The notes under the pieces: model-generated
What the model was told of the DNA's origin: nothing
Seen by the model: the letters and a program-made list of their open reading frames with translations, nothing else
Database searches by the model: none
NCBI GenBank assembly: GCA_026225565.1
Contig: JAMFTA010000199.1
Coordinates: 1-32,000 of the forward strand
DNA: 32,000 nucleotides
From: Caulobacter sp.
GTDB taxonomy: Bacteria; Pseudomonadota; Alphaproteobacteria; Caulobacterales; Caulobacteraceae
Reading direction: 5' to 3'
Translations under genes and position numbers: made by a program
Shown here: positions 17,209 to 26,500 of the stretch, in pieces
Layout: every line of letters starts with the position of its first letter
How positions within the stretch are numbered: the stretch's first letter is position 1

Positions 17209-18963
17209 TTACGGCGCCTTGCCCGGGCCGGCGTCGGCCGGCGTGGGGGTCAGGGATCGCCATATGGTGAGATCGACGGGCTTGCCCAGGGAATAGTCGA
17301 AGCCCTGGACCTCATCCACCGGCTGGGCGGCGACCTTTTCTGCAGCCAGGGCGGCGCGAAAGGCCTTGTCCTGGCGCTTCTCCACGATCGCCGGTTGCCC
17401 GTCCGACACTGAGTCGGCGCCGTCGACTGCATTGTCCAGCTCGCCCCCGGCGCCCAGGGCGAAGACCAGGCTGGGCTCCGCATAGCCTACCAGCACCACC
17501 GGCCCGGTGGTCACCCCGTTGCGGGGATCCAGATGATCCTTGGCCAGACGCTCCGCCACTCGCGCCGACGGCCAAAGCAGGGTTAGCCGGGGAGCCAGTC
17601 CGCCGGCGAGGGCCATGTGCGTGAGGATCCCCAGCCCCAGGCACGCTATGAGGCCCGCCGTGGGCCGGCGCTTCATCAGTCCGACCGCCCCGGCCGCGCC
17701 CGCCGCAAGGCTCAACAGTCCCGCCAGAACCGCCCAGGGCGCAGCGCCCTCGCCCCCGTATCGCCAGGCGGCGAAGCCCGCAGCGCCGGCGAATATCGCG
17801 CCCGCCAGCGCCGACAAGCCGGCGCCGATCCGGCGACTGGCGACGCCCCAGGGCCGTGTTTCCAGATCGACTAGGGCCGCCGCTCCCAGCCAGGCCAGGC
17901 CGCCCAAGAGGGGAAGGGTGTAATGAACCAGCTTGGTGGGCAGGAGTTCGAACCCGATCCACGCCGGAACCAGCCAGGCCAGGGCGAAGCGCACCCCGGG
18001 GGCGGCTCTGCTCCGCCATCCCGCGATCAGGGCGGCGGGCAAAAGCAGGGTGGATGGAAAGATCAACAGGGGCAGGATCGCGGCATAGAAGCCGGGCGGC
18101 CCTCCATGGGTTTCGTGCCCGCCGACGAGCTTGGGGGCGATGTCGCCGCTCAGCGCGCTCGACCAGAAGGTCCCGTCGGTGGCGACGCTGATGGCGAGGG
18201 CCCACGGGCCGACCACCCCCAAGACCAGCACCGCGCCCCAGCCCCATCCAAGGGCCTTCACCCAGGCGACGTCGCGGTCGGCGATGCAGAGGGCGAGGAG
18301 CGCCAGGCCCGCCACCATTGGCCCCACCGGACCCTTGTCGAGAATGGCCAGGGCCTGTCCCAGCCAGAACAGCGCCTTGACCCCGACGCCCGCCTCGCCG
18401 ACCCCCCGCGCAGCGCCGTAGAGCCGCGCCAGCGCCGCCATGGACAGGGTGACGGCGGCGCAAAGCACCGCGTCGGTCTTGGCGATAAAGGCCTCGCTCG
18501 ACAGGATGAAACTGGCGCCCAGGATCGCCCCGGCGAAAAAGCCTGCACGGGGTCCGAAGAAGCGCGCGGCGCCCCAGGCGCAGGCCGCGGCGGCGATCAT
18601 CCCGCCCATCAAGGAGGGGAGGCGATAGGCCCAGATGTGGCGGCGCTCCACCGAAGAGACCAGGCGCACGCTCAGGGCCTGCAGCCAGTGGATGCCCACG
18701 GGCTTCTTGTTGCGGGGCTCGCCCAGATAACGAATGTTGACGAAGTCGCCCGTCTCCAACATCTGCGCGCTGGCCTCAGCGAATCGCCCCTCGTCCCGGT
18801 CGAGGGTCGGCAGGGCGAGAAGGCCCGGCAGGGCGCCGATCAAGACCAGGAGGGCGGCGAGGAGCGGGCCCTTGAAGCCGGACGTCCAGCCGTCGAAAGT
18901 CCGCCAAAAGCCTCCCAGTGGAGGGGATTGCGCGCCAAGCGCGTGCTCGCGAGCCATACTCAT
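17209..18963 (-). CDS. ArnT/PMT-type GT-C membrane glycosyltransferase (GT39/GT83-like), copy 2
   Basis: The 584-aa protein is polytopic. LPTLDRDEGRFAEASAQMLETGDFVNIRYLGEPRNKKPVGIHW and YAEPSLVF show clear paralogy to 6629-8329. Confidence 0.9.
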   Translation of the reverse strand: MSMAREHALGAQSPPLGGFWRTFDGWTSGFKGPLLAALLVLIGALPGLLALPTLDRDEGRFAEASAQMLETGDFVNIRYLGEPRNKKPVGIHWLQALSVRLVSSVERRHIWAYRLPSLMGGMIAAAACAWGAARFFGPRAGFFAGAILGASFILSSEAFIAKTDAVLCAAVTLSMAALARLYGAARGVGEAGVGVKALFWLGQALAILDKGPVGPMVAGLALLALCIADRDVAWVKALGWGWGAVLVLGVVGPWALAISVATDGTFWSSALSGDIAPKLVGGHETHGGPPGFYAAILPLLIFPSTLLLPAALIAGWRSRAAPGVRFALAWLVPAWIGFELLPTKLVHYTLPLLGGLAWLGAAALVDLETRPWGVASRRIGAGLSALAGAIFAGAAGFAAWRYGGEGAAPWAVLAGLLSLAAGAAGAVGLMKRRPTAGLIACLGLGILTHMALAGGLAPRLTLLWPSARVAERLAKDHLDPRNGVTTGPVVLVGYAEPSLVFALGAGGELDNAVDGADSVSDGQPAIVEKRQDKAFRAALAAEKVAAQPVDEVQGFDYSLGKPVDLTIWRSLTPTPADAGPGKAP

Positions 18964-19053
18964 TTCCAGCGTCTTATCATGGGTTTGTCCGCGCGCCCTC
19001 CCGTCCGGCGCGGAACTTCGCTAGGAAGGGGCCCGCAACCCGTAAGGCCGCCT

Positions 19054-19776
19054 ATGCTCGCCCCCAGCTATTCCATCGTCGTGCCCGTGTTCAACGAGGA
19101 AGGGGCCGCCGCCCCTCTGGCGCGCGAGATCGCCGCCGCCTTCGACGGCATGGACTACGAGATGGTCTTCGTGGACGACGCCAGCCTTGACCAGACCGTC
19201 TCCACCCTCTTGCAGGTCCGAGGCGAGCTGCCCCGGCTGCGGGTGGTGCGCCATAGCCAGAACGCCGGGCAGAGCCGGGCGATCCGCACCGGGGTGATGG
19301 CCGCCCGCGCGCCCATCGTGGTTACTCTGGACGGGGATGGGCAGAACGATCCGGCCGATGGGCCGAGGCTGGCGCGCCGGCTGATGGAAAGCCCGCCCCT
19401 TCTGGCCATGGTGGGCGGGCGGCGGACGAAGCGCCAGGATTCGGCGGGCAAGCGGCTGGCCTCCCGCATCGGCAACGGCGTGCGCAAGCGGCTTTTGAAC
19501 GATCATGCGGACGACACCGGATGCGGTCTGAAAGCTATTCGTCGGGAGGTCTTTCTGCGCCTTCCCTATTTCGATCACATCCACCGCTATTTGCCGGCGA
19601 TGATTCTGCGCGAGGGGTTCGAGATCGCCTTCGAGGATGTCAGTCACCGTCCCCGCATCACCGGCGCGTCCAAATACAACAACCTGGGGCGGGCCCTAGT
19701 CTCCTTTTCCGACGTGCTCGGCGTGCTGTGGCTGGACACGCGCTCGAAGTCCCCCGGCGTGCTGCGCGAAGAATGA
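19054..19776 (+). CDS. polyprenyl-phosphate glycosyltransferase, GT2 (ArnC/GtrB/DPM1-like), copy 2
   Basis: The motifs are MLAPSYSIVVPVFNEE, VFVDDASLD, TLDGDGQNDPADG, DTGCGLKAI and SKYNNLGRALV. The track ORF starting at 17923 is an artefactual extension that is antisense to copy-2 GT-C. Confidence 0.9.
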   Translation: MLAPSYSIVVPVFNEEGAAAPLAREIAAAFDGMDYEMVFVDDASLDQTVSTLLQVRGELPRLRVVRHSQNAGQSRAIRTGVMAARAPIVVTLDGDGQNDPADGPRLARRLMESPPLLAMVGGRRTKRQDSAGKRLASRIGNGVRKRLLNDHADDTGCGLKAIRREVFLRLPYFDHIHRYLPAMILREGFEIAFEDVSHRPRITGASKYNNLGRALVSFSDVLGVLWLDTRSKSPGVLREE

Positions 19777-19827
19777 GGCGGATCGTGGCGGGCAGGTGTT
19801 GCACAAAAGGCGCGTTCGCCTCATTCT
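19770..19827 (+). terminator. 11-bp inverted repeat spanning the GT2 stop codon (possible weak terminator)
   Basis: AGAATGAGGCG...36 nt...CGCCTCATTCT. The stop TGA at 19774-19776 lies in the left arm. No clear U-tract follows. Confidence 0.2.
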
Positions 19828-20243
19828 GTTCGAAGACGGGGAACCCGAAGCCTCGCCATCTGTTGCCAAGGTTGGGTATCTAGAAGCTCAGGGGAAGCAA
19901 CGCGCGTAGCGTCTTGCGGGTGGGGCGTCCTCTTAAAGATAGTAACTGAAATCAATGCGTTCGCGTAATTTTGGGAAAGTCCTGGCTGGACGCTCAGCCG
20001 GGAAGACTGTAATAGCTAAGCTTGATTGGTGTTCGAGGCTTGATCGACGATCGCCCGCTTGGGGTGGACCGTTGTTTGTTGTGCTTCAGTGCGTTTTCTG
20101 AAGTCGCGGGCGTCGAATATTGTCGTTTGTTCGGCAAAAACTGGCTTGTGTGGCCTGCGCGACACTGTCACAGGCCCCATCGATTGGTATATCGTTCACA
20201 GGCCGAAGATTCCGGCCGCTCCTAGGGCAGAGGGCTCTTAAAT

Positions 20244-21509
20244 ATGAAACTTACACTCATGGCGGGGGCGGCTGCCCTAGTCATCGCCGCAACCGCGACC
20301 GGCGCCCACGCCGGCTCACCGGAAGGATGGTATGGCGCCGTCGATCTCGGATATCACGAGCTCGCTCAAGACGGGATCAAGACCAGCGCTTCCAATCTCA
20401 AGCCGAACGGCGATCGTTACGATTGGAAGTTCGGATCGTCGGGCGACTGGGCCGGCTTCGCCCGTCTCGGCTATCGCTTCACCCCCAACGTGCGCGTCGA
20501 ACTCGAAGGCGGCTACCGCAAGGGCGATCTGAATTCCGTGCGTGGTTTCGCCGGTGCGCAAGCTCCCATCGGTCTCTGCTCCACGGGCGTGATCCGCACC
20601 GCCGCTTCGCCAGCCTGCGGCAAGCCGAACGGCAAGATGGACGCCTATACGGTCATGGCCAATGGCATCTATGACTTCTTCCCCGACTTCAAGATCAACC
20701 CCTTCGTCGGCGTTGGCGTCGGCGTCCTGTACTATGATGAAAACCTTAGCGGCCAGTTCTCCAACGTGCCGGCCACCAGCGCCGTCGCCATCCAGAACCT
20801 GAGCTCGAGCGACACCAAGACCGTTTTCGCCTATCAGGCCCTGGTCGGCGTTTCTTGGGCGGTCACGGATAAGATCAACGTCGATCTGACCTACCGCGAA
20901 CTCGACACCGCCAACGTGACCTTCAAGTCGACGGGTTCGGGCGCGATCCAGCCCGGCACCTTCAGCGGCAAGTACAACGACGGTTCGCTGACCTTGGGCG
21001 TTCGTTACGCCTTTGGCGGTCCGCCGCCTCCCCCGCCGCCGCCTCCCCCGCCGCCGCCGCCGCCCCCGCCGCCTCCGCCTCCTCCGGCGCCTCCGCCTCC
21101 TCCGCCGCCTCCGGCGCCTGAAGCGCATCCTTACGTGGTCTACTTCCCCTGGGATAAGTCGATCCTCGTCTCGGATTCCCAAGCGGTCGTGCAAACGGCG
21201 GCGACTGACGCGACGTCTCACGCCGCCACCCAGATCGCGGTTGTCGGCTACACGGACACCTCCGGTTCGGTGGCCTATAACGTCCGGCTTTCCGAACGTC
21301 GCGCCAAGGTCGTCGCTGACGCCCTGGTCGGCCTTGGCGTCTCCCAGTCCATCCTGTCGGTGGATTGGAAGGGCAAGTCGGAACTGGCTGTGCAAACGCC
21401 GGACGGCGTTCGCGAGCCTCTGAACCGTCGTGCGACGATCACGCTGAACTTCGCGGGTCAAGCCGGCACGGGCGCGCCCGTGGCCGCCACCCCGGTCCCG
21501 AACAACTAG
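20244..21509 (+). CDS. OmpA-family outer-membrane protein: N-terminal beta-barrel, poly-proline linker, C-terminal OmpA peptidoglycan-binding domain
   Basis: The signal peptide is MKLTLMAGAAALVIAATATGAHA. The N-terminal half is barrel-like with alternating aromatic residues. The C-terminal OmpA_C motifs are VVGYTDTSGSVAYNVRLSERRAKVV and NRRATI. Confidence 0.9.
   Translation: MKLTLMAGAAALVIAATATGAHAGSPEGWYGAVDLGYHELAQDGIKTSASNLKPNGDRYDWKFGSSGDWAGFARLGYRFTPNVRVELEGGYRKGDLNSVRGFAGAQAPIGLCSTGVIRTAASPACGKPNGKMDAYTVMANGIYDFFPDFKINPFVGVGVGVLYYDENLSGQFSNVPATSAVAIQNLSSSDTKTVFAYQALVGVSWAVTDKINVDLTYRELDTANVTFKSTGSGAIQPGTFSGKYNDGSLTLGVRYAFGGPPPPPPPPPPPPPPPPPPPPPPAPPPPPPPPAPEAHPYVVYFPWDKSILVSDSQAVVQTAATDATSHAATQIAVVGYTDTSGSVAYNVRLSERRAKVVADALVGLGVSQSILSVDWKGKSELAVQTPDGVREPLNRRATITLNFAGQAGTGAPVAATPVPNN
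21021..21119 (+). repeat. CCN low-complexity tract encoding P22-A-P8-A-P
   Basis: Counting codons directly gives 22 uninterrupted Pro codons (21021-21086), then GCG, 8 Pro codons, GCG and CCT. The codons are a mix of CCG, CCT and CCC. A 15-nt unit, CCTCCGCCTCCTCCG, occurs twice (21072 and 21090). Confidence 0.95.
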
Positions 21510-21527
21510 TTCGAGACCTCTAAAACC

Positions 21528-21583
21528 CCTGCGTCTTCGGGCGCAGGATTTGGAGAGCCCGGCTTCGGCCGGGCTCTTTTTTT
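21528..21583 (+). terminator. tandem hairpins; the second is a canonical Rho-independent terminator
   Basis: Hairpin 1 is CCTGCGTC-ttcg-GGCGCAGG. Hairpin 2 is AGAGCCCGGC-ttcg-GCCGGGCTCT followed by T7. Both lie just after the ompA-family stop. Confidence 0.85.
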
Positions 21584-21721
21584 GTGCCGATAATTTTCTG
21601 CTTGTCTGGACGCGGAGGGATCTGGGCGGCGCGCCTCCCGCTGTCGACCCCTGCGGCGCGCCGATCCGAACCCTAGGCCAAGACCGGAGCCGCCAAGGTC
21701 GCGGCCCCCTGCGCCTAGGGG

Positions 21722-23287
21722 TCAGCGGAGGAGGGGACGGCCGGTGCGGGGGTCTCTGGGCCGGCGCAGGAAGGCGTCACCGACGAAGAGGGCGAGGCCG
21801 CGCTGATGTTTGGGGTCCAGAGACACGACAACGGCGTGCAGGCCAGGCTCGATGCTATGGAAGTCGGCCATGATCTCGGCTTGGTAGCCAGGGTTGAAGT
21901 TGGCGATCAGCACCCGCCCGCCTGAAGCTCTGTCGAGGGGAGCCATGGTCTCGGCCTGATTGTGGGGCTTGGCTTCGCGCACCCACATCTTCAGCGGGGC
22001 GGGCAGAGCGCCCGCGGGATGGTTTCGGGCGTCACGGGCATAATAGGAAAGGGCGTTGAAGAGAAATCGGTCATCCACCGCCACGGCGGTCAGGGAGCGG
22101 CCCTGGGCCGTCGCCGCCTGCTCGACCGCCGCCGCTGAGGCGGCCCAGCCGCGGGCGCGCTTGAAACTGTTGGCGAAGCCGGCCCGGTCGGCGAGCCCCG
22201 GCGCCGCGAACACGATGAGGAATATCGCGGCGATCGCCGTTTGGCTGACGATGATGGCGATCAGGGCGCCCCAGGCGCGCCAGCGCAGCAGCATGGCGGC
22301 GACGAGGATGGCGATCGGCCCATAGGCGGCGCCGGCCCAGTTGGCGTTGGCGCGAGAGATCGCTGCCTCGACCAGCACGATCAGCAGGGGCGGGGCGGCG
22401 AAGGCGAGGAGGAGGGTGTCCTTAGATAAGAGCCGCTTCTTGCGCCAAAGCACCCCCGCGCCGGCCAGGAAGACCCCAAAGGCGATCGGCCCGAACACGC
22501 CGAACTGACCGACGATGTAGCCGAGCCAGCCGCGCGGATCGAGCCAGCCGACCCGGCGACTGTCATCGTCGAGATTCGCGTTGCTGGCGGTGTGGGCCAC
22601 GGTCTGGAAATGGTGGGCGGCGTTCCAGACGAGATTGGGCGCGGCGACGGCGAGAAAGCAGACCACCGTCAAGAGGGCGTCGCCCCGGCGCCAGCGGGCC
22701 CGCGCCGCACCGCTGAGCGCCGCGTGGACGATCGCCCCGCCGACGAAATAGAGGGCTGCGTACTTGGCCAGGAAGGCGGCCCCCAGGGCCAGGCCAAAAC
22801 TCGCCGCCGCCCAGCGCGAAGCCTTATCATCCGTCGCCGTCCACCAGGCGGCGTAGGCCCAAAGGGCCAGCGACAGGCAGGCCATCAGGGGCGCGTCGGT
22901 GGCGATTACTGCGCAGGAGAGCTGCACACCCGGCGCCAGGCTGTAGATGACCGCCGCCGCCGCTCCCGTCGCCGCGCCATAGAGCCGCCGCCCCGCCAGG
23001 GCCAGGAACAGCGCCGCCAAGCCATGCATCAGGGGCGCTGACAACCGCACCCACGCCTCGCCCTGGCCGCCCAGCGCCGTGGTGGCGCGGATCAGCCAGG
23101 CGATCAGCGGCGGCTTGGAAAAATAGCCGAAGGCCAGACGCCGCGACCATACCCAGTACTGGGCCTCGTCCGGATAGAGCTCCAACGGGCTGACGAACAG
23201 GACGGCGACGCGCACGGCCGTCAATAACGCCAAGCCTATAGCGAGCAGCGCCATTGGTTGCGTGAGCTTGACCACGGAGGGGCTCAT
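21722..23287 (-). CDS. GT-C membrane glycosyltransferase (GT39/PMT_2-like), copy 3, different subtype
   Basis: The 521-aa protein is polytopic. Its first-loop motif LELYPDEAQYWVWSRRLAFGYFSKPPLIAW is of the DEAxYW...GYF.KPP type and differs from copies 1 and 2. Confidence 0.85.
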   Translation of the reverse strand: MSPSVVKLTQPMALLAIGLALLTAVRVAVLFVSPLELYPDEAQYWVWSRRLAFGYFSKPPLIAWLIRATTALGGQGEAWVRLSAPLMHGLAALFLALAGRRLYGAATGAAAAVIYSLAPGVQLSCAVIATDAPLMACLSLALWAYAAWWTATDDKASRWAAASFGLALGAAFLAKYAALYFVGGAIVHAALSGAARARWRRGDALLTVVCFLAVAAPNLVWNAAHHFQTVAHTASNANLDDDSRRVGWLDPRGWLGYIVGQFGVFGPIAFGVFLAGAGVLWRKKRLLSKDTLLLAFAAPPLLIVLVEAAISRANANWAGAAYGPIAILVAAMLLRWRAWGALIAIIVSQTAIAAIFLIVFAAPGLADRAGFANSFKRARGWAASAAAVEQAATAQGRSLTAVAVDDRFLFNALSYYARDARNHPAGALPAPLKMWVREAKPHNQAETMAPLDRASGGRVLIANFNPGYQAEIMADFHSIEPGLHAVVVSLDPKHQRGLALFVGDAFLRRPRDPRTGRPLLR

Positions 23288-23524
23288 CGTGGCGCCTTTG
23301 TGGCGACGATTGTGGCGATGGGTTCCGCGCCATACCGAAAAAATATCAAATTATCCAAAGGGAAGAGTGGAAAATCCAGGCGCGAGTGTCCACCAATGTG
23401 GCAGCCGTCATGAAAGGGTTGCATTTCAGTCACGTGGACTTCCGAAACAATCGATACACGGCAAAGGATGTACGCAGGGCGCGCGCCGGGCAAAAAACCC
23501 AGCGCCGATGAAGGGGCTATAGAT

Positions 23525-26500
23525 ATGTCGATGAAGACGCTAGTGGCCAGCGCGGCGACGACCGTGCTGGCTTTTTGTGCCGCGACGTCGGTCGCACAAG
23601 CGCAAGACATCTTCGGTGGGATCAGCGGCGAGATCACCAATGACGCGGGCCATCCGCTGGCCGGGGTGCAGGTGAGGGTCACCAACGTCCCGACCCACGA
23701 CACTATCACCACCACGACATCGGCCGGCGGCTTCTTCTCCGTGCGCAACCTGCCCGTCGGCGGCCCCTACGACGTGGTCGCGTCCGACGCCACCCATCCC
23801 GCCAAGACCGTCCGGGTCGACGCCATTACGCTCGGTGCGCCCTACGATCTGAACTTCTCGTTGGGCGGCGGCGTTCAGGAGTTGACGGTGAAGGCCTCGC
23901 GCATCCACGGCACCTCTGCGGTGCAGACGGGGCCGCGCTCGACCTTCACCGCCACCGACATTCAGACCCTGCCGTCGTTCTCGAGGGATCTGAAGGATCT
24001 GGCCCGGCTGAACCCCTTCGTCACCGTCGACCCCTCCAACTCCAACGCCATCCTGATCGCCGGCAACAACAATCATGTGAACACCATCTATGTGGACGGT
24101 GTGCGCCAGTCGGACGACTTTGGTTTGAACAACTCAGGCTATCCCACCCAGCGCTCGCCCATTTCGGTGGACGCGGTGGCCGCCTTCAACGTGGAAGTCG
24201 CGCCCTACGACGTGAGGTATGGCGACTTTCAAGGCGGCGTCTTGAACATCGTCACCAAGTCCGGCTCCAATGAGTTCCACGGCGGGGGCTTTTATGAATA
24301 TGACTCGGCCGGCGCCACCGGCGACGTCCTCGGCAACCGCGCGGTCAACCAGCCCAAGTGCGACAGCGGCGCCCAGAGCGGCACGATATCGGTTCAGCCG
24401 CTGGGTTATACGAGCCCCACCACGCTCAACTGCGGCGATCGCGTCCTGCACCCCGCCTTCAAGGATAAGAATTACGGGGTGAACATCGGCGGCCCGATCG
24501 TCCCCGACAAGCTGTTCTTCTTCTTCGACTATGAGAAGTACGAAGGCATCACCACCGCGGGCTACAGCGCCTCAGACGGCGGCGGCACCAATCCTGTGAA
24601 GGGCGTCACCAATGCCGACATCGCCAACATCACCAGCATTCTGAAGAGCGTCTACGGCTACGACACCCTCGGCACTGGCGGCAACCTGCCGGTCACCGAC
24701 GAGAAGTATTTCGCCAAGGTGAACTGGAACATCACCGACAAGCAGCGGCTTTTCGTCAGCTATCAGCGCACCGACGGTACGACGCTGAACGCGCCGAACG
24801 AGAACGTCAACACCATCCTCGGCCTTGGCTCCAACTACTACATCTACGAACAGAAGCTTGAGGCCTATACGGCGGATCTGCAGTCGCAGTGGTCCAGTAA
24901 CTTCGCTACCGAGATCGAATACAGCCACAAGTCGGTCGAGAGTCCCTCGGTGCTGGTGGGCAAGCCGTTCGCTGAGTTCCAGATCACCTTGCCGTCGAGC
25001 ACCACCGTCTACGTCGGTCCCGACATCTCGCGGCAGGCCAACAACCTCGGCAACACCGACCAGCAGGTCAAGCTGCACGCCAGCTACACCCTGGGCAACC
25101 ACGTGATCTCCGCCGGCTATGAGTATGAGAATCTGAATGAGTTCGACCTGTTCGTGCAGGACGCCACAGGGCTCTTCATCTTCAACAAGAACTGCGGCGC
25201 AGGAGACGCGATCACCAACCTTATCAACCGTCAGGCCTGCTCGCTCACCTACCAGAACGCCTACGACAACAATCCCTCGACCGGAGGCACCTCTACCACC
25301 ACCGAAACCCATACCCTGTTCCTGCAGGACGAATGGCGGGTCTTGCCGACCCTGACCCTGCAAGGGGGGCTGCGCTACGAGCGCTACCAGGCCGATTCGG
25401 CCCCGCTGCTCAACCCACGCTTCGTCACCCAATATGGCTTCCCCAATAACCTGACCATCGACGGGGAAGATATTCTGGAGCCCCGGGTCGGCTTCCGTTG
25501 GCGGCCGGATTCGACCTGGACCATCAATGGCGGCGCCGGTCTGTTTTCCGGCGGCAATCCGGGCGTCTACACCTACGACAGCTACACCAACCCCGGTAAT
25601 CTACTCGGCCTGATTAGCGCCAGCTGCACCACCCCCAGCACGACCGCCTGTAATCCGGCCTTGTCCGGGGTTACCGGGAGCGCCATTCCCGCCAACCTGA
25701 AGAGCTCGGTCACCGCCGCCGCCAACACCGGCAATGGCATCGCCAATGCCCTGGCGCCCAATTTCAAGCCGCCCGCCGATTGGAAAGCCTCAATCGAGGT
25801 ACAGAAGGTCATGGACTTTGGCCAGTTCGCCTGGCTGGGCGAGGCTGGCCGCCTGATCGGCGCTGACTGGCGCTTCCACGGGGACTATCTCTACCAGAAG
25901 ACCCAGAACGCCGTTTTCTGGAAGGACCTGTGGGAAGGTCAAAACGTGCTGGGCGCCCCGGCGCCTGATGGCCGGCCTATGTTCAACCCCGCCCGCTATT
26001 GCGCCAATCCGGCGGCGGCCCTGCCGGGCGTCGCCTGCACCCCTTCCACCACGCGCAGCACCGGCTATGACATCGAACTGGCCGAGACCAGCAAGGGCTT
26101 CGCCAACATCTGGTCGGTGGGCTTTGGCAAGTCCTGGGCGTCAGGGTTCGATTTCGACCTCACCTACACCCACCAACAGGTCAAGGACATCAGCCCGGCC
26201 ACCAGCTCCGTCGCCCTCAGCAACTACAGCCAGAATGCAGTGGTGGATCCGAACAATCCAGGTCTCTCCACTTCCAGCTACGAGATCAAATATCAAACCA
26301 AGCTGTCGCTGGGTTACGAGCACAAGTTCTTCGGCGACAACAAGACCGGCTTCCGCCTGTTCGCCTACGAGCGCTCGGGGCTGCCGTTCAGCTACACCTT
26401 CTATGAGGCCACCCCGGGCGCCGCTGGAGCCAATGGCGCTACCGCGCTCTCCAGTAGCGCGGCCTATGATCCGCTGTTCGGTCAGACGGGCTCGGCCGCC

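Noticed and set aside
19933-19947. A CtrA-box-like string TTAA-agatagt-AACT lies upstream of the ompA-family gene.
   Set aside because: The second half-site does not match TTAA at the required N7 spacing, and at N6 it reads TAAC. This is not a supportable match.
20316-21461. A 381-aa antisense ORF contains a long poly-arginine run.
   Set aside because: It is simply the reverse complement of the poly-proline CCN tract inside the well-supported OmpA-family gene.
23289-23318. Three GTGGCG hexamers occur at an 11-12-bp spacing (23289, 23300, 23312) just upstream of the copy-3 GT-C start. I considered a direct-repeat transcription-factor site.
   Set aside because: The hexamer is short and GC-rich, so it is expected frequently in this genome. 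The repeats lie within 30 nt of the start codon. I have no independent support.
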